The notes: generated from the sequence alone by a model not told the origin. A DNA stretch of 64,000 nucleotides from Glycera tridactyla (GCA_965644265.1 OZ286460.1:19654001-19718000); one strand, 5' to 3'. Shown: positions 27,001 through 43,400, counted from the stretch's first letter. Translations and numbers: made by a program.

Positions 27001-30000
27001 GACAAGTTCATCTGATCAATTATAACATCCAGTTGACAATCTTGCGTTCAACTTGTGCAATCGCGACAAATCTGTCCCAGATTGCTGAGAATCCACTCTC
27101 TCTAAAGCAGTGACACCTGGTGTGAGAAGCATTAGTTCTGGCATGATGCACCCACTTCAGGCCTTCAACAAGTCATTACAATCACTTAAATGTTGACTGG
27201 ATTTCTGACCGGTCCATATCACAGTTTTAAATTGTGGATCTCATAGGACTGGAATTCTGAGATATAATCATATCGAACTGTGACAATTTTAATGCATTTC
27301 ACAAGTATTGTTGAAGACAGAATGGCTATTTCCATCACTCTGGTCTGAACTTGTAGGGTGTCCAGTCACAGCTAACGGTCCCAAGTTTTGTAATAAAAAT
27401 GGAAATGGGGACCACATTCTTTTTTTATACCCTTAAGATGAAGAATATTTTGTAAGAGGATTGGGTGAACATGTTTTCTGTTAGCCAGAATGAACACCCT
27501 GCTGGCTTTGAAACTGACTTTCCACAATATCAAGGAAGTCGATCACAGACCTCGTAGCCCCGGATGACTCCCACCTGCTGAGGAGGTAAGCTCAGTAGAC
27601 AGTAGAACACACCATTCTTTAAAGTGATTTTGCAAATCACTTTTGGAAAGTTCCAGGTTCAAACTCATATTTGTACCAGTAAAGACAACAGCAGACTTTA
27701 GAATACCAAAATACGTGTAAACTGGAATCGATCCAGTAAAGTATCTCGAAACAGTTCTGCCAGCTTTCCATATCAGGAGACCGTGCCTTTCGGAATGAGT
27801 CAGAGGGGACTCAATGAAGTGCAGAACTCCACAATTTAAGAGAAGGTGCTGCTCACTAGTAGTAGTTCTCAAATGTGAGCAAAACAAAGCATCAATATTC
27901 ATTCATATCAAATATTGCATGATACTTTAGTACCAACATCAGTATAAATCCTGAGTTCAATATGGACAATCCAAACCAAATCTCATTTTACATCATGTGA
28001 ACCTTATGTCAACTAAGTCATTCATTCATGAAATTACTAATGGTGACATGTTCTATACATAAAAAGTCAATAAAGGAGCTATGCTAATATATATCTGGAC
28101 CATATGGATGGGACCAAAGCACTTGGGTTTTACACCAGAAAAAAAAGGGGAATCTGGTCTATGGGAAACAAAACTCTGGGTTGGGTATTTATATGGGGTT
28201 ACCAAGGCAACATATTACACATAGAAGCTATAATCTATCCTGGAAATATGTTCTTGGTCTGAAATGACACCATTGAATTCTTAAATGACATGACACTCAT
28301 GCAGAACAGCATCAGGCAAATAGAGATGCTCTCTTCATGAATACACATGCAAGTGTTGAGCTTTCTATAACATTTGATCTCATAGAGATGCTCTCTTTAT
28401 GAATACACATGCAAGTGTTGAGCTTTCTATAACATTTGATCTCTTGTCACGACAGTATCTATCCATGAATGATTCATATACATGTAATCTAATGCCGGAT
28501 GCATGTATACTACATATCTGCTTCAATGACTGAACCACTTAAGCAACCGTTCATGACATAAAAAGAGACCACATGTATTGAATAACTGTGTAATCCATGT
28601 GGTTTTTGACACCACTCAGTATTTTGATTTACTAATAACGCATACCTCTCCGATTGGACATGTGATGAGAAGAGCTGCACTGTGATAGATATTAGGCCTA
28701 TTCGATTGGTCACTTTTGTTGAGTACGCCCTGTCGTTTAGTACTTTTTGTATTCCGGTCGTGCTTAACACATTTTCGTTGAGTACAAATCTCAATGGTCA
28801 TTTGACTACGTTGAACTCGTTAAAGGAAACCTAGTCCGGTGGCCTACGACCATTAAGTACATTTCTACCAACGCACACTCAACAAAACCGGCTAGTCAAA
28901 TAGGGCCATTGTTATCTTCTCACAACCTGATGAAACAATTCCCAGAGTTGCATTTGTTGGCAAATAAAACCAACAAATAATTCATTTTTCTGAAAGATGA
29001 ACTGCAATGAGCACAAAGTTGCTATAATCAATGTCTTTGGGCAAATGCCACCGAAAATCCTTCACTTTAATCAACCCACACTATGTGAGATCACATTCTT
29101 CGTAAACCTCTTTATCACTTTTCTCAGCCTCGAGCATACAAAATTCTCTGCAGAGAATGTATGAATGCTGACAGTGTGAGCACTGCCTTATCAACTTCTG
29201 AAGGTGGATGAGGAGATAGGACTCAATCTTATATAAATGATGACTGATCTGCTACTGTTTTTACCAACATCTAGTGGTGAATGATGGAAGTGACATTCCC
29301 TCAAGAGGTACTGATCCAATGAAGGAATATGACTATCCATACTGCCGTCCTAACCAGAGCATCTCATATGTGGTAGGCTACCAACAGATAGCTCAACCAT
29401 TCGCCACACAGCACTCATAACACAGACAATGTGGTGATATTTACCGAGGAATGAACTTAGCTATGGTACAGATACATGCACCTAGAAAGACAAGACTTCT
29501 CCCCTCCCCATACAACAGCAGCGGGAAGAGTACTGGATATCTTGACTCAGTCACGTGAAGGACAGATGACAAGAATCTGTAGCCTGCATTCTGATTCCCA
29601 TCCCATGCTTTACACGCCCATGCAACAGATCTGGAACTGGATGTTGTCATTCCATATCATGGGACAATGATAGCAAATGTTTGTTATGAAGCTACATTGT
29701 ATTCCCCAACACACCAAAGGGTCTTACAGTACTACTGAGTTGATATCTATTACCACGACTGACTCACAAGCGATTCTAACATGAATACATAGATGGTGCT
29801 CTGAGTTGTTACACTTCACCACTAGGTGGCAGTATTGGAGGAGTTTGCAGCAATTCCATCCTTTTCCATGGCAATGTTGCATATTTTTAAAAGTTTGAAT
29901 TGATATGAAATTCCAACAGCTGAAGTAGCAACTCAATGGAAATGGCACTGTAATATCTCAATGTGCGAGATGACAAATACGATTTCACGATTTTTGCTGA

Positions 30001-33000
30001 CACTTGTTCTATCACACAAAAAATTACTGAGGCATTTGTTCATCTGGTAGAAAGGGGAACTTCATTCTGAGGCCAATCCAAGGAGCCACATGACAGTTTC
30101 TGGACATACTATCCCATCTGATGATCGCACGTCCATGCCATATGTAAACACGGAACACATTCTATGACACATTCCTTGTATTGATTCTGGGTTAATATGT
30201 CAAGATATTGTACTTTTGGACCAATTTGCAAGGACACATCCTTGGCAGATTGTTATGTGCACAATTGGTGGAATAACAAACATTCTAGTAAACAGTCCAC
30301 TTATATTCTAATGAAACGGACACTTTTTTTCCATGAAAAAAAATCATTCTGAAAAAATGCCATACTAAAACGGTAGCAGCAAAATAAAATTCTTCAAGGC
30401 AAATCATATGGCAGACATAAGGAACAAAGTACTGAAATGTTCTGCACAAACTCAAGTGAAATGTGAAACCAAAAACAGCTGCAAACTTCTTTGAAATCAA
30501 TCAAGTGTTCCAAACGGAGTGGAAGAAAAAGTAAGGGGTGAAACTGCAGCACTTGCTTACCCACAACAGCCCCGAAAAACACGACACATGCGCTGAATCC
30601 TTTGGTCCAGCTTTGAAAATCTGTTTTGAGAAAGTACATAATGTGTAGCTCATTAAAAATGCACTATAACTGCTGTCCACACACACTGAAAAACTGCTGC
30701 ACAGAGTATGACTGAGGATTAAAAAAAAGGAAAAAACACAAACTCCAAGGATGTACGACTTCCTCGAAGATTTGGGCACTGGTGGGATGCATTACTCTGG
30801 TGAAGTGACTTTTATTTCAGATGAATAAACTTTTCTTCAAAATGAGTCAGTACTTCTATGCAGAATGAGGAAATCATATGAGGAGCAAAGCTGAAAATGG
30901 TAGCAATCATATACACAATGAAGAGCTTTAACCCTTTCATACTGCAACAAATGATAATTTTTTTAAGAGCAGTCACAATTTAAGGAATTGGTGAACAGCT
31001 GCTGTTCAGATGGAGATTTTGTCCAGTGAGCAGCCAAGGAAACCAAAAACATCAAAGTCACAATCCACCAGATGTGGCACAAATCGTTCCATGTCTTCTA
31101 TGGGGATAAACTTGGAGGCAGAAATTAAGGCACAAGAATAAGACATGCTGAACAAAAGTTGCGAAATTTGAACAGAAACTGCATAAGAAATTCAACAAAA
31201 TAATTCTACAAATGAGTGTTCATCACATGTTATGAGCAATATGACTGAATGAGAAGCCTATATCCGAGGCGACATATAGTGATCTTCATCTCCTATCCCA
31301 TTTAAGTACACCCTGCTGCCAGAAATACTCTCAACCATTCATCATGTTTTCCACTTGCCATGGTGGACATATCTGTCAAATGAATAGATAGGATGCATGT
31401 TCTCCCAAACATGGCATTTCTCATTGCTTTCATATGATGAAGATTCTCAATGCTTTCCAAGATATCAGTAATAGTATGACATATATGTGGCCTCCCCCGA
31501 AATCATGGTATACCACGGATCATATCTCTCATAAGCATGAAACTGCCCGTATCTCACGCTACGGAATCTAGAAAGTTAATGAGATATTCAAGTCATTGAA
31601 TAAGTCCAATCTCAACCTAGTATTAATATCTATGATAGGAGCTCATGAATGGTTTATAGGGGCAAAGTGAACAGAACTATGACATTCAAATCATAAACAT
31701 ACGAGGAGGAACTCACTCATATATCAGGACATAATTGTTGTGGACATGCTAGCACTAGCGATGATATACTGAAATTAAAATCGAATTTCATCTCTCTTGT
31801 GACATCACTTTCTCCATTCACTCATCAGAAGCAACAGTGCTGATCTTATGGTCCTTAGATACGGTTGGAAGCTTTTATTGATCTATATTGAATTCAGTGT
31901 GTCACCAAGCATTTTATGCTTGTTTGTTTACAATCTCCAGTATCAGAGTTGAACTAAAACAGGTGTCATTAAGACAAGGAAACCAAAAGATAGGAATATT
32001 CCTAATTGAGAGTAAACCATTTTCATTATGCTTGAAGGACATTGCACTCGAATGGGAGGGAAGGCATTGGAAATATGGCATGAATCAGGTGTTTCCAGTT
32101 GCCACAGTACAGGCTTGAAACATATCTGTGCATCTACTTGGAATAGGCCCTGAATTTCTGAGAAAAATCAAGGTGACAGTGTCCTTGTTGAAATATGGGA
32201 TGTACTTTAGTGAGTAGAACCCTTCAAGGGCCATTACACTAGTGCTTAAGTAGACCTGAAACTGGGGGGGGGGGGATGCTCTCAATCCAAATGAAAAGTG
32301 GTAAATTGCAATGCTCTTGGAGAGGGCACAGATTGTATCAACCAAGACCCCTCCTACACCAACTAAACATGATAATTCTTAAAATTCACTGATCCTTCAC
32401 ATGTCTGAGACATTTTTTATTGAAGTCAGGGGGGCTTTATCCCATCATAGACTCTGAGTATCCAACAACCAACAAATTGAGCTCTGCTGCAATGCACCAC
32501 ATCACCCAGTGACACTCCACTTAAAAATGAGAAAAACTCTTACTTTTTCATGCTTCTTCCTCAGTGCATCCAAATCTTTTTCCTGTTTCTGCCAGAGTTT
32601 CTGGAACTGTTTCATTTCACACAGAGTTTCAACCGTCACTGGTTCAAGAATGTCAGGATCTAGAATGAGAAAAAAACAGGAAAATATATGGTGAATAGTG
32701 GGAAAATTGAAATATTAGGTGGACATTCCCTATTACAAAGCATAAAACATTATCACATACATGCATACATATTAGAAATTCACAGAGTATTTCCTCATCA
32801 TGGATCGAGATGTGCTACATTGAATTAAATATCTAAAAACCAACCAAATAGGATTTCTTCCCCAAAACGATGTTCACTAGTAGACGGATACAATGGCAAA
32901 TGTCATGCTGAGAAACCACTTATTATTATTTATATATTATATGTTACTATTTTATATTCAGAACAAAGATCTTGCACATGGCACCGCTTACCTAGCCTAG

Positions 33001-36000
33001 GTGAGAGAGACCAGTCATACCTAGCAGTTAAACACATGACAAGGAGCTTGTCTGACATCCCATGAAGACCTAACTGACAATTTGGTAATATCATCTACAG
33101 AATTTGGTCATATTCTCATGTTAAGGCCAAGTTGAAACATTTGAGCACATTGGTAATTGCCCATACTCAAAAGTAGAGTATAACTTACAACCAGCGATTA
33201 GGGTACTCAAAAGATGCTAAATAACCAACCAAGCCTAACAGAAAATGGTTTCATACATAAGACTACATTAAAAAGTGAAAAGATGTCCCTCAAAACAGGT
33301 AGTTCCTTGTCAGAGCGGTCTCTCATCACACGCTCCACTGTGAATCTGATCAATACACCAGTGAAACATGGATCGGAGATACCAATATTACTGTCCATCC
33401 ACTTGTAATTATTGACCTTTTCTGTTGATTTATCACTAGTTCCTGAGTAGTTTGAGTATATCATGCCGGAGAGTTCTATCTTGATTGTCCAAGATCCGTC
33501 ATGCCACTGGAATCATTATCAGATGAGAATTGATGATGATAGATTGATAAGATACTGAGAAATAATACTGAGATATATACTGCCACTCACAATGTAATTG
33601 AGTCGAGGTCTTCATATTTACCAAGCGTATTAATGAGACTATGTCTTTATTGAGGCAAAACACTTTTCATTCATCACCGAACTTATTACTTTTTCTTCCT
33701 TTAAATGGATCAATTGAATACCATACTAAGAACTGATATACGTCCTAAAATTGCCAAAGAATGAGATATGAAACAATAGAGATTAGTAGTCAATAATTAT
33801 GCATACTACAAAAATCTATGTTTTCCATATGCAGCAGATCATTCATCACAATCACGGTACACAATGCACCAGATGGTAGAAATCCATGCATCATTCAAAA
33901 CAACAGAAAAATAACAAAAAACAAAACTCAAGAAAACACTTACTTACTCAACATAACTGGGCTCTTGCCCTCTGCTCATACCACCTGACTCAAACAACCA
34001 GCAACATGCTGGTATACACTATTACATCATCTAAGTATGCAGTGACATGATATGTTTTGTGAACCACATTTCAATTTGATTATTCATGTGAAAGCATGTG
34101 TACATGTTGGTGGATGAAGTGAATCTCAGAAAACTAAACCGCATATCACATTTGAAATAAATATCTGAGAGATACTATAAGTTCAGTTAAGCTGAGAATA
34201 CTAAAACCATCCTGGCAAAAGTATCCAATTCGTATCTCAGATGACAAGGTGATGCCATAACTTCAAGATCCCAGGGGATCCATGACAAAGTTCAATATAA
34301 TTCTTGATTGCATGCTATATATTAGTTATATCTAATAATACTGGTAATAGATACAAAATCTGTTTATGTATGGTATGCATTGTTTGGCTATCTGTACTTT
34401 TATAACCTATTTTTGAATGATGAGCAAAAATGAAGAATTTGAATTCTGTACAATTGAATGACTCAGTAAAATGATTTTGACAATACTATTCTCTAGAACT
34501 AGCATCATTCTTGAGATTTCCAATATAATTCAGAAGATTTCCAACAGAAACACAGCCATAGGGACATCTTAATTTGGTGCGCATCATAGGGTGATGTTTG
34601 GAGAGGGAATTCAGGATATCACTCTACCGGGGAGGGAATTTTTGCCAAAGGTTTTTGTTGTGAATACTACAATTCTACTGGATAAATGGAGCGGGATACC
34701 TACCTTTTAACCTGGTGGTGGAGACAACATCTATTTTGGGCGTGGCTGGTTTGTTGAGGGCGGAGGGCTCCGTAGATGATATTACATGCAGTGGACTGTT
34801 GGGAAGGCTTGTGCTTTTGGGCCCTGCCATAGGACGGTGTGCAGAACACACAGAACAAAACAATAGACAATCACAACAATCAACAAATGTCAACAACATT
34901 ATGCAGCAATCAGTCAACAGTTTCCATGACAACTGTAAACATGGTAAACATCACACATCAATGCTGGGAGGAATGCGATGTCTTTCAATAGAGAAATTTT
35001 GCAATTTTCACATGATCAGCTGTCATGTTTATGAATCTATCAATTGAGATTCACACAAAGAGGCATGGGAACTGAATCTGCAGTGAATAAATATTCCCAT
35101 TTGCAAACATGTTGTTCTTAGTTCCAAGATTATCCATGATGCATGTAATTTTCACCAATGTTGGAATGATGTTCATCAAGAATTTGCAAAGTAGATGCTA
35201 AATATGTTTTCAACAGCATTTCCTCCCGGCATCAATGCACAGACTGTGATCTCAGAATAGTCTCCATTGGAAAGTTTTAGATATGATGTAGCAGAAATGG
35301 ATGATTTGAGTTCATTATTTCAATATCTTCATATAAATCCATGTATATATATATACATGTAACCCAAGTGCTGAAGGCACCTGAATGCAGAAAGCATACT
35401 GATACTAACAGCACCTGAGGTTCTTATCCATCATCATTTGGATGGATGCATCAATATAGGAAATCGAAAAACTTTTGACACAGTCAATGGAGCATTTCAA
35501 TGATCACAAACTGTTCCCCAAGTCAAACAATGCAAGAAATGTCACAAGTTCATACCCTGGCAGACAACGTCATCGACATCACATTCACACAGTGTGAATA
35601 GGAAGAGAACAGACCTCTCAAAACTTCTCAAAAAAACAAAAGATGTTCATCGTTCTCCTGATTCAGTGCCATTTTGATGAACATACCAAATTATTGGGAG
35701 ATCATTGCGTATGCCAGAGTGAATAAACGAACCATTCAGCATTCATCTGATCTGTAAGTCAACCTCCGTACTAACTATATCTATGTCTGGATGGATAAAA
35801 GATCATTATTCAGCTCATGCAAGAATGAAAACAAAATATGTTAATAACAAACTGTAATTATAACTAGAACTATAGAATAGTAGCATTAGTCTATTATCAA
35901 CTCCTTCATTCATGACCAATAAGCTGGGTTTTTCAAAGAATGAATATGATTGGTTCATAGTAGTACACAATGCACCACAAGTTCCTCACCCTCAGTGACC

Positions 36001-37355
36001 TATTTGCATGAGCTATGCTTGATGATCCCTTGTATATGACTCAATGTCTTTCGAGTACATGCATCCATGGGGCGAGGAATCAATCTTCATAGCAGTATGA
36101 CCTCAGCCTATTTCAGTGGGATGGACCATCAAATTTACATTTATGTCATCCATGAGGCAGATGTTCCTGTACAGATTCAGCAATGATCATTGACAATTGT
36201 CATTGACAGAAGCATCACCATCGCACCTTCATGTAATATGACCCACATTTCAGCAGAATTCAGCATAATTCAAGCTCATCCACTGATTTGTATATGCAGG
36301 ATTTCCATGCTGAAGTCTATTGATCCAAGTCCATGTATCACACAAAATTTAATGGAGCCCATGAGATCAAATCTATAGCAATTTTGAAATCATCATGGTA
36401 ATCATGTCTATGAGCATGAAAAAAGACTAGTTGCCAAGTGTCTAACTGAATTCTGGGCACCAGAAACCGACAACCAGGTTGACCAGTATCAACAAAATGT
36501 TGTTTTATTTTTATTAGGATTATTATCTTTTATTAGTGAATGAAATGCATTCTGCTACTTGAGAGTCTTAAACTACAACAAATAAACAACAACCAAGAAA
36601 AAAACACAATACAACTGATAACTGGAGGGAAAAGGTAGAAATGCTGCATGATCAAAAGTCAAAGTCATCAGCAAAACAACATAACACAACCATTCAACTG
36701 AAACAACAGAACAACTCAACAAACATGAACTTGAAACAAAATAAAACTGAAGACGATTGATTACCATTAAGTCGTGTAGTCAGGCCATTTTCAAGGCCAG
36801 TAAGGTTTGACATCATACGAGACATAGGCGGAACTGAACCTAGGAAACAAATCACCCAAAACATAATTGAAACTAAATTGTGAAGAACAAAACTGAAACT
36901 AACAGGGAGGAAATGAGTATCAAAAGAGAACTAGATAGAATCACTCACGAGGAAGTCTGGCCCTGATTAAATCTTCTAACATATATATATCTTGCACATT
37001 GTGACATATATACGCTGTGCAGCTTATTCAAAGAATAGAAAACCAGGTTTAGTTCTTACCCAGCTGAATGAACCAACTGAATATTTGCATATTTTTAAAT
37101 CATCAGCTACAAAAACAGATTTGTATCAGATAACATCCAAAGATATGTTGAACATCAATGTTATAGTCAAGTTTTTCACTTTCTTCTGTACGATGAATGT
37201 CATCGGGTTTTGGATGAGTGCCTCTCTTTGGCATTTGTACTGGAGGTTGAGCTTGCTTGCTTCATTACACCGCAAAACTTACGCAAATATAAATTGTACA
37301 TTCCCTCCCTGACTTTCTGCCATATCAAGGGATGTTTGTTCCGTGGACAGTTTGT

Positions 37356-37402
<47 letters not shown>

Positions 37403-40400
37403 TGTTTATGTGGGTGGGTATGTTACGCTCAAACCTATTGCCCTTGCTAACTTGAAACTTGATAAAAGATTAGACACATTTAACTTTTCTTTCCTGACCA
37501 ACATCTGCAATTTACTCATGTTTATAACTTTAGTGCACCTTCCATCATCTATGGAAATCGGTACCATATTACTATGATTCTTATCATCATTATTATTGTC
37601 ATGATTGATCAAACACTTTACTATTGTCATCATCCTCATTATCTGTCAGTGGTGGAATCATCATCATTACCATGTTAACCATTTTGGTTGATATTATCAT
37701 TAACATTGTTATCACAAGAGATGATCATGTGCTGTCCGATATCACACTTTCTCGCCAGAACCTCAAATGAGCGAATAAAACAATACATGATGGGATGGAA
37801 GGTAGAAATCTGGAGCTACATGGGCGGGCTATTCCTAAAGGCACAAAAATATTATGGGCATTGGGAATCTACAACAATATATATAGCAGAATAATGATTA
37901 ATAATACTGGTGGATCTCAATGATACTATTGCGTGTGTCGACAAAATGGATTAGCATCATCTGGGGGCCATTCTACTCAAATCCACCATACAGTTCAGTT
38001 TTCTTCAACAAAGCAGAACCCTCCATAAGCACAATTCAGATTTGCTTCAATATAACCGGTTTACTTCAAGAGCATACATCATACGGGAAATGCATGGTTA
38101 TGTGATTATTCTTCACTAGTTCATTTTGTTCATCAAACCAATCTCATACTGTAATTACCATTCAAAGCTCACATGTCAAGGGGACAAATTCCCAGAAAAC
38201 AAGGGTCAGAAAACAAGTGAAATAGATCCTAAGCACAGTGGAAATAATGGCCTGCCAGTGAGTGAGCACCACCCCTCACATATCCGTATAATAGGCTGTA
38301 GGTGAGGGATGTATCTATAACTCACAGAAGAGTCTCGTCATATCTCATAACAGGAATCAAGTAAAATGCATACAAATCCCCAGATGATGCATCATCCAGA
38401 TACAATGAAAATATGAGGGATATACATTATAGATATTTTATATTTCCATGGTAGAATATATGTTATCGACATATAAAAATACATCATCGGCATTTCAGCA
38501 AAATGAATTACCCTCTGCGTGTGTGTGTTGATACTGGAACCTCTGTTTTGAAACCATCCTCACATAAAGTGAAATTAGGTCTCAAATGAAGTTTGGTCTC
38601 CCAAGCTGGGTATATCACATATGATCAAGAGGATGAATGTTTCGAAAGTGATGGTTCTTCATGGAGTTTTTGATGAGGTGTTCAACTGCCTTGTCCCTAT
38701 TACCATGTATAGGGCCCAGCATTGTCGGCATTGTTCAACCCTGGATATTTTACCTGGTAAGACCAACCAGTAAATACGCACACACATGAGAGGATCATTG
38801 ATGAAACAAAACTATAGCAACAAGAAGCACCTATTCCATTCTATGTGCATCTATGTCATCCAAAAGAATTTATTCAGAACAACAAAAACATTTCAAATCC
38901 CTTGTGAGATCTGTACTATAACTTTACTCGTAGCTAGCTCCATCTAGTGTGATGTTTTGACCTCACTGTTGAAACTGGTACTTCAGGATGTAGCTGGCTG
39001 GTTCATACAAGGAATTTGCTATGCAGGGAATGCAGGCACTTCATGGCTGTCAAATATGGAGAATATAGAATAATTTATTGGTTGTTTAATCAATCGACTG
39101 ATTAATAAGGTAATGATTTATGTCTTCAATTGATGATGGATCATTTCAGGGTAAAAGAGTGAGGTAGTTCTCCTATCGATTGTCTACATAATACTAGAAC
39201 AGAAATTAAATGTGTTACTGGAAGTTCATCATTCAATGACCATCGCCAATTCTAATTATCTAGCATACCCATCAACACACAGACAGTCAGCCATTGATAG
39301 TACCACCTGGGTAAGGACGGGGCAAGACCAAGGTATACAAGGATCCCCATGCCAGGATTGAATTCATTATCATAATGCTGCTTCCCTCATTGCTATATAA
39401 TACAGAGAAATGTCTTTTGAGAGACCCCTCTTTTGAGAGACTGTTTTCATTCGTTCTTCTCTATTTGATATAGTCAAATATACCTCCAATGAGGCACCAC
39501 CTCTCTTGAGAGACTGCTTGTCGTTGGCACTTGGGCCAATCTCCCAGAGATTTTACCATACTCATATCAATATATCTCATTGATTTTCCCGGTCTCCCAA
39601 GATAAGTGTGATTTTGGGCATTCTGCATTCCAGTGGCGAAAAGATTTTTCTCTCATTTAGATGTGCAAGCAAAACACACAGGAGTGATTAGACAATGCAG
39701 TGGTGGTTATCCATGCTGACATTCTGTTGAAGCATTTTCAGCTCACTCAAATACTCTAGTTATACATGCAGGAGAGGAAGCATGCCACAACCTCAATTTT
39801 ACTACTATTCAACTGATGTAGAGCAAAGAGCTACAGCCAGAAGGGTTTTGACCTACATGAACTGATCTATTACTGAGTTGGGAATTACACTCCTGAAATA
39901 TTCTCTGTCGATGACCACACCCAGATAACTGAGTCAAGCTTGGACATCATGCTATCATCCCTTGCACACCAGGGATACCAGCTTTTCATGGACTGAAATT
40001 GATTTTGTACCGAACAGATGAGAAAGGTGGATTTAGTTAGTGATACAGTATCACAAATGCAATCCCTGAATTTAGGCCTAAAAGTGTAATTATCATCCAC
40101 AAATCATGAATCACTAGATTGTAAATACAGTCTGCTACTATTTCTCCATACCTTCTGCGATTTACACACACACACATTTTTTTTTATTGATAGAAATCAT
40201 GTCAGAGACATATTTCCAGATTGTACTGGCAACAGGTCCATGAAATGTGTTCCAAACGCCCAAATTATTCTCTGNNNNNNNNNNNNNNNNNNNNNNNNNN
40301 NNNNNNNNNNNNNNNNNNNNNNNNNNNNNNNNNNNNNNNNNNNNNNNNNNNNNNNNNNNNNNNNNNNNNNNNNNNNNNNNNNNNNNNNNNNNNNNNNNNN

Positions 40401-43400
40401 NNNNNNNNNNNNNNNNNNNNNNNNNNNNNNNNNNNNNNNNNNNNNNNNNNNNNNNNNNNNNNNNAGCTAAGGATTTTCAATTTTGTTATCTTTTGCAATC
40501 ATATGGAGAGATGAGAGATGGGGTGGGGGACTATTCTGCATTTTTGAAACATTATACAACCCAAGTAGCCCACTGTAAGTGGAGTAGGGTAGAGTAAACT
40601 TTATTTTAGAATGATGTCTACTATTAGTTGTAAATTGTACAAGATACAGGACGTTAGCTTTGAATCACCAATTGATTCGATAAAAGTCCACATTTCAATC
40701 ATTTTAAGATGTTTTCTATCTTTATCAACGATCCTAATAAACAGACATTCTGCAAAAAATCTCGATAAAATTGGGTCAATGGAAAAACAGTGTAGAAGAG
40801 AAATAGAAAAACACATCTCAAATATCAGTGAAAAATGCACTCGAGATCAACTAAAAGAGAATAGAAGCAGAAAACTGAAGGCGATAACTAGCACAGAGCC
40901 TTGAGAAGGAATAAATAGTACCTGGAGCAAGAGTTACAGGAGCTGGAAGGTTAACAAACCAAACGATGTTCAAATAAACATCAACAATGTCAACAAATAT
41001 ACATATACAAACAAGAAGTTGAACCAGGTGAGATGGATCATCAGAGGTTTGCAAACAAAATCAGAATTGAGATAAAAAAAAATCCACAAGTAAAACTCCT
41101 GCATGAAGATAAAAGATTAAGTGATTTGAAAATTCGATGAACTTCGACATCAATAATGAGATACAAAACCTGATTCTATGAACTTAGGTCAATGGAAGAA
41201 TTTCAATAGAGTAAGGGAAACCTGAAGACAATATTTATTCATTTACGGCTAGCTACTATTCACATTTATTGCCTCTTACACTCATCAAATGGACAGTGAA
41301 TCTTTTTGATTGCCTCAAAGCTATCCTTTGTCAGAATACATGCAGCAATGAAATGAAAGATTAGTAGGAATGGATGATATGTCTATTCAAAAATCGTTGA
41401 AGTTATAAGCAAAACTAGACATATTTGACCATCAAATTCCACCAACTCAATGTCCAATTATGATGTATAAGTACTTATGAATATTTATGATTGCTATATA
41501 TCAATTTGAATTTTCAAGGACTAAACTTAGAATGATGTCCTATTGATATTATCATATTATTATCACGAATATATCAGCAATACAATTATCACTACATGTA
41601 TCATTACTATGACAATCATCTTTACAAATTCATGATTATTAGAGTTATCATTATTATGATAATCATTATAATCATCTCTAATTCTGTGTAGATTTACATT
41701 ATAACATATGTTATGATCATTAATATCATCATTATTATAATTATCATCATTAGTATATTAATACCTATTCTCATAAATCTAATTATCAGCATTTCATACT
41801 GGAAGTATCAACTGTGTATATTTGAATCATTGCAAATGTTATGATTATCATTGACATCATTAATATAATAATAACTATCATCAGTATAATTACTATTATG
41901 ATGAGTATAATCATAATCATTATCATTCCAAAATGGGAGAATCCTTGCTGATTTCAGGTAGATTTACACCCTGGTAAAAACCCCTGCCTGATAAAGCTTT
42001 TTTGTTGTATAATTTAAATGTGAGGTTTTGTCAAATGTTGATAAGGATGCAGATGATGATGATGTACATCTGCGAATACTGACCAGATCCTGATGATCCA
42101 TGAGACATGACACTATCCGTCTTGGAGAGGGCGTGTGGATTATGTTGGCTTCCTGTACGAGAGAGTGGTGCACTGGAGTCCGTCACACTCTTATGCGACA
42201 TTACTGATGGGTTCCGTTTCGGTCGGACATCAGATTCGGGTTTCGATGGAATCGCGGTCGTACCATCATCTTTCTCCTGATCAGCTTCCTCATTTTGCTG
42301 TTCCTCATCCTGGAAATGTACATCACAAAGTTATTTTTTCACACTGATTAAGCATTGACAGCAAACAATATAAGTGACATAGAGAAATGCAAAGTGACAC
42401 ATTATAAGCATGATGTTAATACCTCAGTACAGAAGTTACAAGAACCTTGCAGAAGAGACAAATTGAAAACGCATATCAAGACTCAGACTCATCAGCAGCA
42501 GCAGGCCTTTGTTTCATCTATATATTTAAATGGTGATGTTCCGTCGAATAAATGTTGTCACAGTGGTTGCATCATTTCATAAAGGACAGTTGCACATCAG
42601 AGTAGTTTTTGTCTATCCCATCCTCTACACAACTGATGATGAAATTACTCATTTTTCACAATTTCTTGGAAAATCCATCAACTTTGGGAGATCAGCGAAA
42701 TGGCAGTGAGAGTGCAATGATGGAGCAGTGATCTCACACAGTAGTGAAGGTCAGCTGAGGGACCAGATGAATGAGCAGTAAAATCAGTTTTATGTGATGA
42801 TTGAATAAAAATAAAACAGATACTACAAGCATAGAATCTGTATACGGTCAAACTTACAGGGGTTTCAAAATCTTCTTCAAGAACCGCCAATTGTTGGGAA
42901 TGTTTCTCTAAAGCAGATTGGTAAGCGATTGGGTTTGCCAATGCAGCTGCAAAGTCTGAAAAATAAATAACAATGACATAGGTATAAAATTCTCAAACTC
43001 ACTAGTTCAAGAATGAACATGACATGTAGGTCGAGTCAAACCTGTCTACAAAGGATGCCCAAGGTCGTGACAAAACATGGTCTTAGTGGACCATACACGT
43101 CCCATAGCAGGATCTGTGGCTTGCTTTTCCTGCATTATCTTCATGTACAACAAGTCAACCACGTCTGCCCTCTTTACTGCAGATATTTGGCTAATAACTC
43201 GATGAGAATTAATGACTAAATGTGATGACATGATAGCAAATCCTTGTCTGAAGTAAGCAAATTATCAGAAACTGGATGTGATAAATTCCGAAGATATCCT
43301 GACTTTCTAGCATACAGTGATATGGTATAGAGTGAAACCTGCAATGAGAGACTGTCCTAAATGTCACCAAAAAGCGGTCTCTCAAAAGAGATGGTCTCTC

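Noticed and set aside
33948-33984. Possible extra PLC-beta exon (strong gtaagt donor)
   Set aside because: 37 nt would shift the frame between two phase-1 junctions; weak acceptor.
39885-40100. 71-aa minus-strand ORF with an internal acceptor, as a PLC-beta exon
   Set aside because: In the required phase 1 it hits a stop after 11 codons.
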